Source of the DNA: Bdellovibrionales bacterium
GTDB taxonomy: Bacteria; Pseudomonadota; Alphaproteobacteria; JAIXQD01
Direction: 5' to 3'
Assembly (NCBI GenBank): GCA_050248995.1
Contig: JBFWRI010000009.1
Location: 746-64,745 of the forward strand
Length of the DNA stretch: 64,000 nucleotides
Shown here in pieces: positions 29,404-39,288 of the stretch (its first letter is position 1; each line of letters opens with the position of its first letter). The notes under the pieces are model-generated. The model was not told the origin of the DNA, did not search any database, and saw only the letters and a list, made by a program, of their open reading frames with translations. Position numbers and translations under genes: made by a program.

Positions 29404-30105
29404 ATGTTAAAACAGCGCGCTACTGATCAGCATCCACAACCTCTGCGCACGCCAGAGGAGAGTGCAGCGCTACTGCAAAAATTTCTTGAAGAGGCTGTTG
29501 CCGAACATTCTGATCTTGGTGCCGCTGACGAATATAGATTCATCGCCCGTCATGATCGTGACTTCTTATATAGTGCCAATGATCCAAAAGCTAAATATCA
29601 AGGCACTCAAGTTTATATGAGCGCTGTACCCGCCATTATAAGCCCCCGCAGAACAAGCAGTGTTCTTGCCTATGTTGAATATACACCGCAGTCCCTCAGC
29701 TATGTACCCGAAAGAATGGTCCGCGCCATCCTGCGCCATGAGCTTAACCATATTCGTTGTGGGCATCCGCCGCTACCATCGCAAGCCTTCCGGCAAGCTT
29801 ACCGTGATGTTCGTGCCGGCCGCATTAGTGTGGAAGCTTACGAAGAAGCCTTACAAGAACACCGCAGGATAACATGTGCTTACCTGAATAACCCAAATCC
29901 GCCGGGACATCGGGAAAAAGTAGAATTCGAAGCCGATGCCGGCATTGTTGATGAGCCCCATGAACTGGCTGATTTTTTTCTTCTTGCGCGTGATGCAGAC
30001 GAACTATGCCCAGCTGTTCAGCCCCTTAACAGGCATGGCCACCCCAGTCTGACCGCACGCATTCGCCGCCTACGGGTACGGGGAAATCAGGCTAATTTTA
30101 CTTGA
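29404..30105 (+). CDS. soluble M48-like HExxH zinc metalloprotease
   Basis: 233 aa with no TM segment. HELNHIRCGH, EFEADAG (ExxAD) and HPSLTARIRRL (the M48 C-terminal motif). Same domain layout as 11109-11684. Appears low in GC. Confidence 0.5.
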   Translation: MLKQRATDQHPQPLRTPEESAALLQKFLEEAVAEHSDLGAADEYRFIARHDRDFLYSANDPKAKYQGTQVYMSAVPAIISPRRTSSVLAYVEYTPQSLSYVPERMVRAILRHELNHIRCGHPPLPSQAFRQAYRDVRAGRISVEAYEEALQEHRRITCAYLNNPNPPGHREKVEFEADAGIVDEPHELADFFLLARDADELCPAVQPLNRHGHPSLTARIRRLRVRGNQANFT

Positions 30106-32719
30106 TTGAAACATCCACGCGGTCGGCAACACCGTTATCGTTCGCTGGCAATTCACCCAACGCGCGCACGTCAATGCGCACGGGCTGGATACCCTGCGAT
30201 GCCAGACGACTGCGGATCGCCAGCGCGCGGGCCAATGCCATCCGGCGCGCTTCCACCAGCAGATTGGCGTCGGCATAGGCGGTCAGCATCACGCGCGCAT
30301 CGGGTTTTTCGTCCAACAGCTCGGCCAGATCATCGATCTGTTTCTTGCTGGTATCGTCCAAATCGCGCGTATCCGGCGCAAAGTAAATCGTCTGCGCGAT
30401 ACCGTCCTTCGGGGCGGGGGCAGCCGTGCGCGGTGCCGTGGCCGGTAGCGCAGGTGTTTCAATGCTATCCGGCGTAATGCTGGCCAGAGGCACAGCGTCG
30501 GTTGCCGAACGCGCGGCAGGCTTGGGCGTATCCGGCACCAGCCGGGGCGTACGCAGACCCATCCCTGCCGGTGTTTCAACACGCAGGTTGGGCGGGGGGA
30601 TGATTTTTTGCGGCGTTGTCGGCGCGGCGATAACCGGTGCCGGTGCCAATGCCACGGGCGGAGCCACGCTTTGCGGCGGCATGGGCGGCGTGTCAACAAC
30701 ACGTGGCGGCATATCAAGCGTCGGCTCGATACGATCAGCAACACGCGGTGGCGGTACGGGCTCAATCACGCGCACCTGCGCCACCGGTGCATCCTTACGC
30801 GCGGGCGGCAATGACGAGGGCGGTACTGACGGCGCCTCAACGCGGATTTCAGGAACATCGACTTGCGGTGTTTCAACCTTGATTTCAGGCACCTCTGCCT
30901 TTGGTACGAGTTTCGGCGGCTCAACTTTGGCGGCCACAACCGGCACTTCAAGCACCGGCTCTTCCGGAATTTCTATCGCCACCTCAACCTCTTCGGGCTC
31001 AGGCACTGGCTTGATATCCGGCACTTCAACCTTGATTTCAGGGGTTTCAACCTTCACGGGTTCGATTTTCTTCGGTTCAGGCTTAATAACGACGGGCGGC
31101 GGCGCCTCGACTTTGACTTCCGGCACATCCACCTTGATTTCAGGCACGTCCACCTTCGCGGGCGGGGTTTCAATCTTTACTTCCGGGGCCTTTACTTCGG
31201 GCGCCGGCTCAGGAAGCGCCGGCTCGATCATCGCCAGTTGCTGTGCGGGCTTCGGTTCTTCGACCGGTGACGCTTCATCCACCATCACGGCAACCGATGG
31301 AATTTCAACCTTATCGGCATCCGGAACATCCACTGCAGCCGGAGTCTCGACTTTCACTTCAATTTCCGCCGGCTCGGCCTCCGCGGTAACCGCCGGCACC
31401 GGTGCAGCCTTCGGCGTCGGCGCAGCGCCGTCAACACTGTCGCTGGCGCGGCCCAGAAGGCGGGGGGCCGAAGCCATCTGCGTAATATCAAACTCGTCCG
31501 CTACCGCGTCTGCCGTCACAACAGGCGCCGGCACGGCAGAAGGCTTTTCAACTTCCTGCCCGATTTCAGCCAACACCTGTTCATCCGCATCCGGCGCGAT
31601 GTCGGGTGCGGGCTTTTGCGCAATCAGAGCTTCCTTGGCTGAAATATCGGCCATGTCTTCTGATTTCGATGCCAGCAGTTGTGGCTGCTCTTCCATGCTT
31701 TCCAGCGGTTTGAGCGAATCGTCGATGGCATGCTTTTCCGGAATAACCACGTCGTCTTCCCGGCGCGTGATTGTTCCCAGCGACTGTGTACCCTGCGACG
31801 GCGCCGGTGTCGGCACGGGTGCAGGCAACGTGGCCGGCATTGAATCGGTACTGGCCGGTGCGTCGCGCTGCGGTTCCTGCTCGATATCCAGCAACAGTTT
31901 TGACGATTGTTTTGCGTTAGCGTCAGCAACTTTTGTATCGTCGCTGCTGAACAGTTTGCGCGTCTTCTTGGCCGGTGCTGCGGCAACTTGTGATGGAACA
32001 CCGGCAACCGTTCCCAGCGTGTAGCGATCAGCCGTTCCTGCTTTCTGTGGACTGTAAGCGCCTTCAACCAGGTTATCGCCGGCGTCAGCCAACGCTGTCG
32101 GCGCTGCACCGCTGGAAGGCTGCGGTGTTTGCGCGTCTTCGCGCGCCGCCAAAATCATGCTGTCCATCAGGTCGGGTGTCAGCACCGGCGGGAGTGTCGT
32201 CGCAGCGCGCGTAGCCACAGCCTTGGCACCGCCCAGCTTGGGTGCAGCCAGTACGGCATTCCTGTCGCGGTCAAGCTCGGGGAATAGCGGCTGGTCTACG
32301 CTTTGTGAACGCGGCGACCACGGGCTGACGGGTAATTCCTTGGCGGCTTCGCGCGCTGTCACAATCCGCCGCTGCGGCGCCGGACCGGCGAAATTCTTGC
32401 GCGCCACAGCATTGCGCTCGGCGTCGGTCAGGCGGCGGCGCTGGGGTGTGCTTTCTTTTATTTTTGGAACCTTCAGCGCCTTTTTCGCCTGTTCCTTTTT
32501 CTTCGGATTGTCATCAGGCAGGTATTTCATCAGCCAGTTCGGCACGTCGCCCGTGCTGGCACTTTCAGTACGCACATCGCCCGGCAACGTCGTATCTGCC
32601 GTGCCGCCGCCAATCACAACCTGCGCCAATGCTGGCACCGGCAATAACAGCGTAAGCGTCACGATGGCCGTCAGCGTGCGACGATGAAGATGCGACAACT
32701 TGGGTGTGTCAGACGACAT
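30098..32719 (-). CDS. secreted Pro/Glu/Val/Lys-rich repeat protein with a C-terminal OmpA-like domain
   Basis: Start chosen at MSSDTPKL (SD GAAGG 4 nt upstream), giving a signal peptide (TLTLLLPVPALAQ). Long Pro-rich spacer with PEIKVETP-type repeats. The C-terminus reads TIYFAPDTRDLDDTSKKQIDDLAELL...VMLTAYAD...RRMALARALAIRSRL...GIQPVRIDVRALGE (OmpA_C-like). Confidence 0.65.
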   Translation of the reverse strand: MSSDTPKLSHLHRRTLTAIVTLTLLLPVPALAQVVIGGGTADTTLPGDVRTESASTGDVPNWLMKYLPDDNPKKKEQAKKALKVPKIKESTPQRRRLTDAERNAVARKNFAGPAPQRRIVTAREAAKELPVSPWSPRSQSVDQPLFPELDRDRNAVLAAPKLGGAKAVATRAATTLPPVLTPDLMDSMILAAREDAQTPQPSSGAAPTALADAGDNLVEGAYSPQKAGTADRYTLGTVAGVPSQVAAAPAKKTRKLFSSDDTKVADANAKQSSKLLLDIEQEPQRDAPASTDSMPATLPAPVPTPAPSQGTQSLGTITRREDDVVIPEKHAIDDSLKPLESMEEQPQLLASKSEDMADISAKEALIAQKPAPDIAPDADEQVLAEIGQEVEKPSAVPAPVVTADAVADEFDITQMASAPRLLGRASDSVDGAAPTPKAAPVPAVTAEAEPAEIEVKVETPAAVDVPDADKVEIPSVAVMVDEASPVEEPKPAQQLAMIEPALPEPAPEVKAPEVKIETPPAKVDVPEIKVDVPEVKVEAPPPVVIKPEPKKIEPVKVETPEIKVEVPDIKPVPEPEEVEVAIEIPEEPVLEVPVVAAKVEPPKLVPKAEVPEIKVETPQVDVPEIRVEAPSVPPSSLPPARKDAPVAQVRVIEPVPPPRVADRIEPTLDMPPRVVDTPPMPPQSVAPPVALAPAPVIAAPTTPQKIIPPPNLRVETPAGMGLRTPRLVPDTPKPAARSATDAVPLASITPDSIETPALPATAPRTAAPAPKDGIAQTIYFAPDTRDLDDTSKKQIDDLAELLDEKPDARVMLTAYADANLLVEARRMALARALAIRSRLASQGIQPVRIDVRALGELPANDNGVADRVDVSIK
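30840..31210. repeat. imperfect tandem nucleotide repeats (recurring CTTGATTTCAGGCAC units) encoding the (P-E/D-I/V-K-V-E/D-x-P)n spacer
   Basis: The CTTGATTTCAGG unit recurs at least three times, and peptide repeats KVETPEIKVEVPDIKPVPEPEEVEV are visible. Confidence 0.5.
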
Positions 32720-32820
32720 GAAACCTTCAATAAAACCGGCGAACGATTCGCCCCCGAATACGTCAAATAACGTTAGGGTGATGCGCCGGATTTGCCTAGG
32801 CACTTCACAGAGTTACAAAG

Positions 32821-32829
32821 TTATCCACA
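32821..32829. promoter_or_regulatory. perfect DnaA-box consensus TTATCCACA upstream of the OmpA-like repeat-protein gene
   Basis: Exact 9-mer about 100 bp upstream of the chosen start, sharing the extended AGTTATCCACAGG-TGGC context with 27798-27814. Confidence 0.3.
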
Positions 32830-32859
32830 GGCTGGCGGGGAATGCCGGGTTTTGGGGCT

Positions 32860-33648
32860 TTAGGCGGCCTTCATGATGCCCAGGAACTGCTGGTGCAGGT
32901 GGTAATTGCTGGCCAGAATCTTTGTGGCGTAAACCGGGTTTGTGTCGCCTTCAAGGCTGGTCACAAGGCCACCCGCTTCACGCACCATCAGTGCGCCCGC
33001 CGCGACATCCCACGGCTTGAACTTGTTGCCCCAGAAACCTTCAAAGCGGCCGGCCGCCGTATACGCCATATTCAGCGCGTTCGAGCCGATGCGGCGCGTG
33101 CCGGCGGTGCGGTCGATGATCGCCTTGAAATCAGCGCGCTGCGATTCATCCTTCGCTTCGCTGATCAGCGACATACCCAGTGCCACCATGGAATCGCCGA
33201 TTTCCTGCCGGGCTGAAACACGCAGGCGCTGGTTGTTCACAAACGCGCCCACGCCCTTCTCGGCCCAGAACATCTGGTCGGTCACGGGTTCATAAATCAC
33301 ACCGGCAATCACATCGCCATCGCGCTCGGCGGCAACCGAAATCGCCCAGAACGGAAGTCCGTGCAGGAAATTCGACGTGCCGTCCAGCGGGTCCACCAGC
33401 CAGCGCTCGGGGCGGTCGGCATTGATTTCGCCCGACTCTTCCAGCCAGAAGCCGAAGGTCGGCCGGGCGCGACCCAGTTCCTCGATCAGGATTTTTTCCG
33501 ATTTATGGTCGGCGTTGGTCACAAAGTCCTTGGGCCCCTTGCGGCTGACCTGCAGCTGCTCGACTTCACCGAAATCGCGCAGCAACGCCTTGCCCGCCTT
33601 TTCAATGGCGCGGACCATGACGTTGATGAGGGCGGAGCGAAGGGCCAT
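32860..33648 (-). CDS. suhB: inositol monophosphatase family protein (SuhB-like)
   Basis: 262 aa with IMPase motifs (WLVDPLDGTSNF, WDVAAGALMVREAGG). Confidence 0.85.
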   Translation of the reverse strand: MALRSALINVMVRAIEKAGKALLRDFGEVEQLQVSRKGPKDFVTNADHKSEKILIEELGRARPTFGFWLEESGEINADRPERWLVDPLDGTSNFLHGLPFWAISVAAERDGDVIAGVIYEPVTDQMFWAEKGVGAFVNNQRLRVSARQEIGDSMVALGMSLISEAKDESQRADFKAIIDRTAGTRRIGSNALNMAYTAAGRFEGFWGNKFKPWDVAAGALMVREAGGLVTSLEGDTNPVYATKILASNYHLHQQFLGIMKAA

Positions 33649-33653
33649 TATAG

Positions 33654-34217
33654 TTACTTCGCGCGCTCGATATATTCGCCGTCGGATGTGCGCACGACAA
33701 TCTTGTCGCCGGTGCCGATGAACGGCGGCACCATCACCTTGACGCCGTTTTCCAACTTGGCGGGCTTATACGACGACGATGCTGTCTGCCCCTTCACAAC
33801 CGGATCAGCTTCGACGATTTCAAGGACAACGGTTTCCGGCAACTCGACCGAGAGCGCCAGGCTTTCATGGAACTGCACATCGCAGATCATGCCATCCTGC
33901 AGGAAGGCCACGCTATCGCCCAGCACATCCGGGTTGATGGTCACTTGATCGAAAGTTTCCTGGTTCATAAACACCAGGCCGTTGCCGTCGTTATACAGGT
34001 ATTGCATCTGGTGCGTCATCAGCTGGGCGCGCTCAACCGTATCCGTGGTGGCAAAACGACCTTCCGATTTAGTGCCGGTTTTTACATCCTTCATTTCAAT
34101 CTGGATGAAGGCGCGCAAGTTGCCCGGGGTGCGGATCTGGGCCTTGGTGATAATCCACAATTTGTTGTTGTGCTCGATAACCTGGCCGGGGCGCATGGTG
34201 TTGGCTTGGACTTTCAT
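33654..34217 (-). CDS. efp: translation elongation factor P
   Basis: 187 aa with the EF-P KOW/OB architecture (KPGKG-like region GNLRAFIQIEMKDVKTG, three domains). Confidence 0.88.
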   Translation of the reverse strand: MKVQANTMRPGQVIEHNNKLWIITKAQIRTPGNLRAFIQIEMKDVKTGTKSEGRFATTDTVERAQLMTHQMQYLYNDGNGLVFMNQETFDQVTINPDVLGDSVAFLQDGMICDVQFHESLALSVELPETVVLEIVEADPVVKGQTASSSYKPAKLENGVKVMVPPFIGTGDKIVVRTSDGEYIERAK

Positions 34218-34455
34218 ACGTCGTACTCCTCAAATTTCGCACACGCCGCAGCGCACAATGCCTGTGCGGCGGCAGGGGGCAACTTATTCACGATGTGCCG
34301 CTTTCATAGCCATTTTTGCGACTTTTCGCAATTTAATCATGATCTGTCGCCAAGGATGATACGCAACTTTATTACAATAGTGGCCCAAAAACCGCAAAAA
34401 CTGTTGCCCAAGGCCGAACGATTCAGCCACGCTGGATGCCTTAAGGGTTATACGC

Positions 34456-35058
34456 ATGGTTCAGGTCAATGTTTCCCTGCTGGTATCGGATGCGCTTGAT
34501 GGGCTGCATGGCATCGACGCGTTTTACCATAAACCTGTTTCATTAGTCCCGCCCCAGACACTTCGCGCCTACAAACATGCCGCACGGTCGCTGCATACCG
34601 TCGCCGAACATTATCTGGGCCTTGTCGCCAATGATGATGAGCCGATTGCAGCAATCCGCAAGGATCCGGAATTTCACACGTTCATGAGAGCGGCCATGGC
34701 CGCCGTCGCTAATATCCAGCATATGGGTTGGCGCGCAGCACCGCCTGAAACGCATTACCTGTATTGTTCCCACACCCTACTGCTGGGGCGCTTGCTGTTA
34801 CTGGCGCCCGAGATGATGCAACAGGTCAAGGGCGATGCGGCCTTTCTGACGAACTTCCAGCACATCGTCAGCAACAGCACGTTGCGCGCAACCCAACTTT
34901 ACCAAAGAATTGAAAAAGACGTTGTCACCTTTGCCAAGGCTACCGGGGAAGACAATGCGACCCACATGCGGCACGACATCACGGCGATTTTTCTTGGCCT
35001 GTCCCCAGAGGCAGGCAAGTTGAAAATCAGCGCGATGGCTTCGCCCGTATTCAGTTAA
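34456..35058 (+). CDS. hypothetical protein
   Basis: 200-aa ORF with no recognisable motif and no signal peptide. Confidence 0.4.
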   Translation: MVQVNVSLLVSDALDGLHGIDAFYHKPVSLVPPQTLRAYKHAARSLHTVAEHYLGLVANDDEPIAAIRKDPEFHTFMRAAMAAVANIQHMGWRAAPPETHYLYCSHTLLLGRLLLLAPEMMQQVKGDAAFLTNFQHIVSNSTLRATQLYQRIEKDVVTFAKATGEDNATHMRHDITAIFLGLSPEAGKLKISAMASPVFS

Positions 35059-35066
35059 AGGTCCGA

Positions 35067-35747
35067 ATGCCAGGCAACCCTGCACCCGTCAAAACACGCG
35101 TTCCATCCCTTACCCTCAATTCCTACAACAAACTGCGGCTGCGCCTGAGCGACCGCTATAATGCGCGCGAAGCTTCGCCGCCATGGTCCGCCCAGTTCAA
35201 TGCAGATCTTGCCGACATGATGCAGTCCGCCCAGGCCTGTTGTAACGGCCTTGCCGAAATCATCGATGCCGAAATCATGAATGATACCGCTGCTTTCAAC
35301 ATGTGGCGTATCGACCGCAATGCCATCGACCTGATGAACCACCTGATCAGCAACACGCATATCCTTCTGAACGTCTATAACGACATGCCGAAAGATTTCC
35401 CGGCCAAAAAGAAAATCGCATATGCCGAAACACTGGTCGACTGCATGGTAACGATGACCTGCCTTGACCCGTCACGCCAGATCGCCGCCGGTGTACCCAC
35501 ACCGTTGTTGACCCTGCTCGGCGATATGTACGCACTGGACCCGGCCCGTGCGCACGATACCATGAACTTTGCAGCGCGGCGCCTGCAGCGCGCCCTGCAT
35601 GTATATGGTCGTTTTGAACCGGAAGATGAAGACACGCAGGAGCATCTGTCCCTGATGCTGTTGACCATGGCTTACCAGCGTAAGGAACGCGCGGTGAACC
35701 CCACTGCGCATGTCGCGACATTGCTTTACGATCCCAAGGTGAACTAG
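35067..35747 (+). CDS. hypothetical protein
   Basis: 226-aa ORF, 8 bp after the previous one, with no recognisable motif. Confidence 0.4.
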   Translation: MPGNPAPVKTRVPSLTLNSYNKLRLRLSDRYNAREASPPWSAQFNADLADMMQSAQACCNGLAEIIDAEIMNDTAAFNMWRIDRNAIDLMNHLISNTHILLNVYNDMPKDFPAKKKIAYAETLVDCMVTMTCLDPSRQIAAGVPTPLLTLLGDMYALDPARAHDTMNFAARRLQRALHVYGRFEPEDEDTQEHLSLMLLTMAYQRKERAVNPTAHVATLLYDPKVN

Positions 35748-36409
35748 CCAGCCAGCGCTTTCAGCCACCCACCAGTTGCGGGCGTTAGCTTTTTGCCCAT
35801 CTCGGCGGGGCAGAAGTGCCGCTGGAAGGCCAGCAGCGCGGCATCGAAATCCGACACATCGTAGCCAATCATTTCCAGCGCCTTTTGTGCGTCCACCGGC
35901 TTTATATCCGCTACTGCCGATTCTTTCTTAGGCCAGATGCCAAACCCCGCCGCTGCCAGCCTGTCCCACGGGAACAGGTGGCCCGGGTCTTCCTTGCGCG
36001 CAGGCGCCACATCGCTGTGGCCAATCACATTGCGCGGGCTGATGCCGTGTTTTTTTGTCAACACGCTGCACAGTTCAATCACGGCCTTAATCTGCGCCTC
36101 GGTAAACGGCACATATCCGTTCGAATGGCCGGGGTTTTCAATCTCGATGCCGATGCTGGCGCTGTTCATATCGGTAATACCCTTCCACGAACTGATGCCG
36201 GCATGCCATGCGCGCATCTCGTCATCAACCAGCTGATACAGCGTGCCGTCATAATCCAGAACATAATGCGCACTGACCTGCCGCGCCGGGTTTGTCAGCG
36301 CGTCCAGGGTCTGCTGCAGCGTCAGATGATCGGTGTAATGAAGGATGATATATTCCAGCGGCCTCAGACGCGGACCGAAATTAGGTGAAGGATGCGGAAT
36401 GATATGCAT
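35744..36409 (-). CDS. ampD: N-acetylmuramoyl-L-alanine amidase, AmpD-like (Amidase_2/PGRP fold)
   Basis: Start chosen at MHIIPHPSPNFGPR. Amidase_2 motifs are ILHYTD, SAHYVL and GIEIENPGHSNG. Confidence 0.65.
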   Translation of the reverse strand: MHIIPHPSPNFGPRLRPLEYIILHYTDHLTLQQTLDALTNPARQVSAHYVLDYDGTLYQLVDDEMRAWHAGISSWKGITDMNSASIGIEIENPGHSNGYVPFTEAQIKAVIELCSVLTKKHGISPRNVIGHSDVAPARKEDPGHLFPWDRLAAAGFGIWPKKESAVADIKPVDAQKALEMIGYDVSDFDAALLAFQRHFCPAEMGKKLTPATGGWLKALAG

Positions 36410-36436
36410 GACAAGATGATACAGATGGGCTAGCTT

Positions 36437-38218
36437 TTGCCCATGCGTTTTCTTGCCACTTTTCTTGCCTTTTTCTGCTTCATACCGGCAGCGTTCGCAG
36501 CGCCGCAGCACGCCATCGCCCTGCATGGCCAGCCGAAGTATGCCGTCGATTTCAAGCATCTTGATTACGTGAACCCCGATGCGCCGAAAGGCGGCAGCCA
36601 GTCGCAGGCCGCGTTCGGCACGTTCGACAACCTGAACCCGTTCATCCTGAAAGGGATATCGCCCAGCGGCCTTGGTGATACCTTCGCCACGCTGACAACG
36701 GCCACACTAGATGAACCCTTCAGCGCCTACGGCTATGTGGCGGAAAGCATTGATCTGGCGCCCGACCGCAAAAGCGTCACCTTCCGCCTGCGGGATATCG
36801 CTACCTTCCATGATGGCACACCCATTACCGCCGACGATGTGGCATGGAGTTTTGATGCGCTGAAAACAAAAGGCCACCCGTTGTACCGCATCTATTATCA
36901 TGATGTGACAAAAGCCGAGGCACTGGATAAACGAACCGTCAAATTCACCTTCGCCAGCACAGAAAACCGTGAGCTGCCACTAATCATTGGCCAGTTACCG
37001 GTACTGTCAAAAACCTTTTTTGCAAAACGCGCGTTCGACCAGACCACGCTGGACGTCGTGCTGGGTAGCGGCCCTTATAAGGTCAGCAAGATCGAGGCGG
37101 GTCGCACCATGACGTATGAACGCGTCAAAGGCTGGTGGGGCGAAAACCTGCCGATCTTCAGGGGCCGCCATAACTTTGATATTATCCGCGAGGATTTCTA
37201 CCGCGATTACCAGGTCGCATTCGAAGCCTTCGCCGCCGGCAAGCTGGATTTTCGCCGCGAAAACATGGCGAAGTCATGGGCGCAGGCCTACAATAACATC
37301 CCCGCTTACAAACAGGGCAAGATCATCAAGAAGATGATACCGCTGCATACCCCGGCAGTGGCACAGGGCTTTGTCTATAATACGCGCCGCGAACTGTTCA
37401 ACGACCGCCGGGTGCGACGCGCGCTGACGCTGGCATTTGATTTCGAGTGGGCGAACAAGACGCTGGCCTTTGGTGCCTATACCCGGCAAAGAAGCTATTT
37501 TGATAATTCAGAGCTGGCCGCTACCGGCGTGCCCGAAGGCAGAGAACTGGCTCTGCTTGAACCGTTCCGCAACAAGCTGCCGCCCGAGGTATTCACAGCC
37601 GAATTCCAGCCACCGAAAACCGACGGTAGCGGCAACAACCGCGCCAACATGAAAAAAGCGCTGGAACTGCTGAATGATGCCGGCTGGAAGATGGATGGAA
37701 CAGTGCTGAAAAATGCCGCCGGCAAGTCTTTCGCGTTCGATATGCTGGTCACCGAAAAAGATGGCGGCCTTGAACGCTGGATCCAACCTTGGCTGCGCAA
37801 CCTTGAGCGCCTTGGCATCAAGGTCAGTATCCGACAGGTCGACAGCGCGCAATTCGTCAACCGTGTGAACGACTTCGACTTCGATGTCATTATCCACCTT
37901 TTCCCGCAATCACTGTCGCCCGGCAACGAACAACGCGATTTCTGGGGATCAGACAAAGCCAGCATGCCCGGCAGCAAGAACCTGATCGGTGTTGCCGACC
38001 CGGTTGTCGACGCGATGATTGAGGAAATTATCCGCGCCGAAACGCGCGAAGACCTTGTGGCCGCCGTGCGCGCGCTGGACCGCACGCTGCAATGGGGTTA
38101 TTACATTCTACCCAACTGGTATATCGGCAGTGAACGCATTGCTTACTGGGATAAGTTCGGCTTCCCGCCCAATAACCCACCTTACGGCGTGGCCTACGAT
38201 ACATGGTGGGCGAAGTAA
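36437..38218 (+). CDS. yejA: ABC transporter periplasmic peptide-binding protein (YejA/MppA/OppA family)
   Basis: 593 aa with signal peptide and a family-5 SBP fold of the Yej length (about 590 aa). Confidence 0.8.
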   Translation: MPMRFLATFLAFFCFIPAAFAAPQHAIALHGQPKYAVDFKHLDYVNPDAPKGGSQSQAAFGTFDNLNPFILKGISPSGLGDTFATLTTATLDEPFSAYGYVAESIDLAPDRKSVTFRLRDIATFHDGTPITADDVAWSFDALKTKGHPLYRIYYHDVTKAEALDKRTVKFTFASTENRELPLIIGQLPVLSKTFFAKRAFDQTTLDVVLGSGPYKVSKIEAGRTMTYERVKGWWGENLPIFRGRHNFDIIREDFYRDYQVAFEAFAAGKLDFRRENMAKSWAQAYNNIPAYKQGKIIKKMIPLHTPAVAQGFVYNTRRELFNDRRVRRALTLAFDFEWANKTLAFGAYTRQRSYFDNSELAATGVPEGRELALLEPFRNKLPPEVFTAEFQPPKTDGSGNNRANMKKALELLNDAGWKMDGTVLKNAAGKSFAFDMLVTEKDGGLERWIQPWLRNLERLGIKVSIRQVDSAQFVNRVNDFDFDVIIHLFPQSLSPGNEQRDFWGSDKASMPGSKNLIGVADPVVDAMIEEIIRAETREDLVAAVRALDRTLQWGYYILPNWYIGSERIAYWDKFGFPPNNPPYGVAYDTWWAK

Positions 38219-38650
38219 CTAATGCGGTGCGGGTGAATAGCCGATTGTTCTCATTTCTGGCAACACCACGTCAGATTCGATAATTTCACCTGTTACCTTA
38301 TGTGGCGCGTTCCAACGCTTTCCACTGGCGCTCGCCCTCTCCTGCCGGTCAAAATCGTAAGGAAAAGCCTGCCCCTTTCTCGACTTCTTCAGGGCAAGAC
38401 CTAGCGCAACCCCCAGAGCAAGACCACCGGCCACACCCCCTGTCAGCGCCATGCCTGCGGCGAACGTACCTACAGTCACGACAAAGTAACCTGCACCTGC
38501 AAGACCAGCGACAGCGCCAACCATAGCACCGCGTACTGTGGTCGTAACAATGGTATGATCACGCATCGCAGGATTCCACAGGCCGGGTTCATATTCTGAC
38601 CTGCGGTACAGAATGCCGTTGTCATCAACTTCATAGCGGGATTCAAGCAT
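38219..38650 (-). CDS. hypothetical membrane protein with a Gly-zipper transmembrane hairpin
   Basis: 143 aa with GAMVGAVAGLAGAGYFVV...GGVAGGLALGVALGLAL. Confidence 0.35.
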   Translation of the reverse strand: MLESRYEVDDNGILYRRSEYEPGLWNPAMRDHTIVTTTVRGAMVGAVAGLAGAGYFVVTVGTFAAGMALTGGVAGGLALGVALGLALKKSRKGQAFPYDFDRQERASASGKRWNAPHKVTGEIIESDVVLPEMRTIGYSPAPH

Positions 38651-38677
38651 GCTTTATTCTAGCAAGTCGCCTAGAAA

Positions 38678-39238
38678 CTAATGCGGCGCCCTTGAAAGTC
38701 GAGGTTTTTCAAGATACTGGCCACGGCGCTGCGGCAGCGGCATGCCTTCTTCAAGCCACTTTTCGGTCTCTTCGCGCGAGCGCAACGTCACGATGCACTT
38801 GGGCTTCGCCAGAGCCAGCATGGTTGCAATGCCCAACGCATGCAAACCCAACATGTAACGCAGGATGAACGGCAGGTTCAGTGAATGTTTTCGCGAAGCC
38901 CCATATTCCCCGCGGACTTCGTTATTCCTTCCGCGTCGGTAGGCCTGCTTGAGAGATTCCACGGGGTTATAGTCCAGATGAATAACCACATCGGCCCGGT
39001 TCAGCGGCAGTGTAAAGGTCGGATCGAACCAGCCATCCAGTATCCAGCTTTGACGGTGCGTTGCATCTTTCAGGAAGCTATAGGCAGCCTTCATGTCGTA
39101 TTTCGACCCGTCAGGATAACAATACAGCTCGTCGGCATGGAAAAGCTGGAACCCGGTCTTTTCATGGATCCTGCGTGCAAGTGTTGTCTTCCCGGCGCCG
39201 GGCAATCCCACAATCACGACTTTACTTGGTGTTTTCAT
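38678..39238 (-). CDS. P-loop NTPase (adenylate-kinase-like / topology-modulation-like)
   Basis: Walker A VIVGLPGAGKTTLAR at the N-terminus; 186 aa. Confidence 0.55.
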   Translation of the reverse strand: MKTPSKVVIVGLPGAGKTTLARRIHEKTGFQLFHADELYCYPDGSKYDMKAAYSFLKDATHRQSWILDGWFDPTFTLPLNRADVVIHLDYNPVESLKQAYRRGRNNEVRGEYGASRKHSLNLPFILRYMLGLHALGIATMLALAKPKCIVTLRSREETEKWLEEGMPLPQRRGQYLEKPRLSRAPH

Positions 39239-39288
39239 GCCCCCTTATAGCGGGGTGACAGCCCTGTGAATAACAGTAAATTACTTGC

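Noticed and set aside
30426-32024. 532-aa Gly/Ser/Thr-rich ORF on the plus strand
   Set aside because: It lies entirely antisense to the Pro/Glu/Lys repeat tract of the OmpA-domain gene. The low-complexity translation and the lack of a start context make it an artefact of the repetitive GC-rich DNA.
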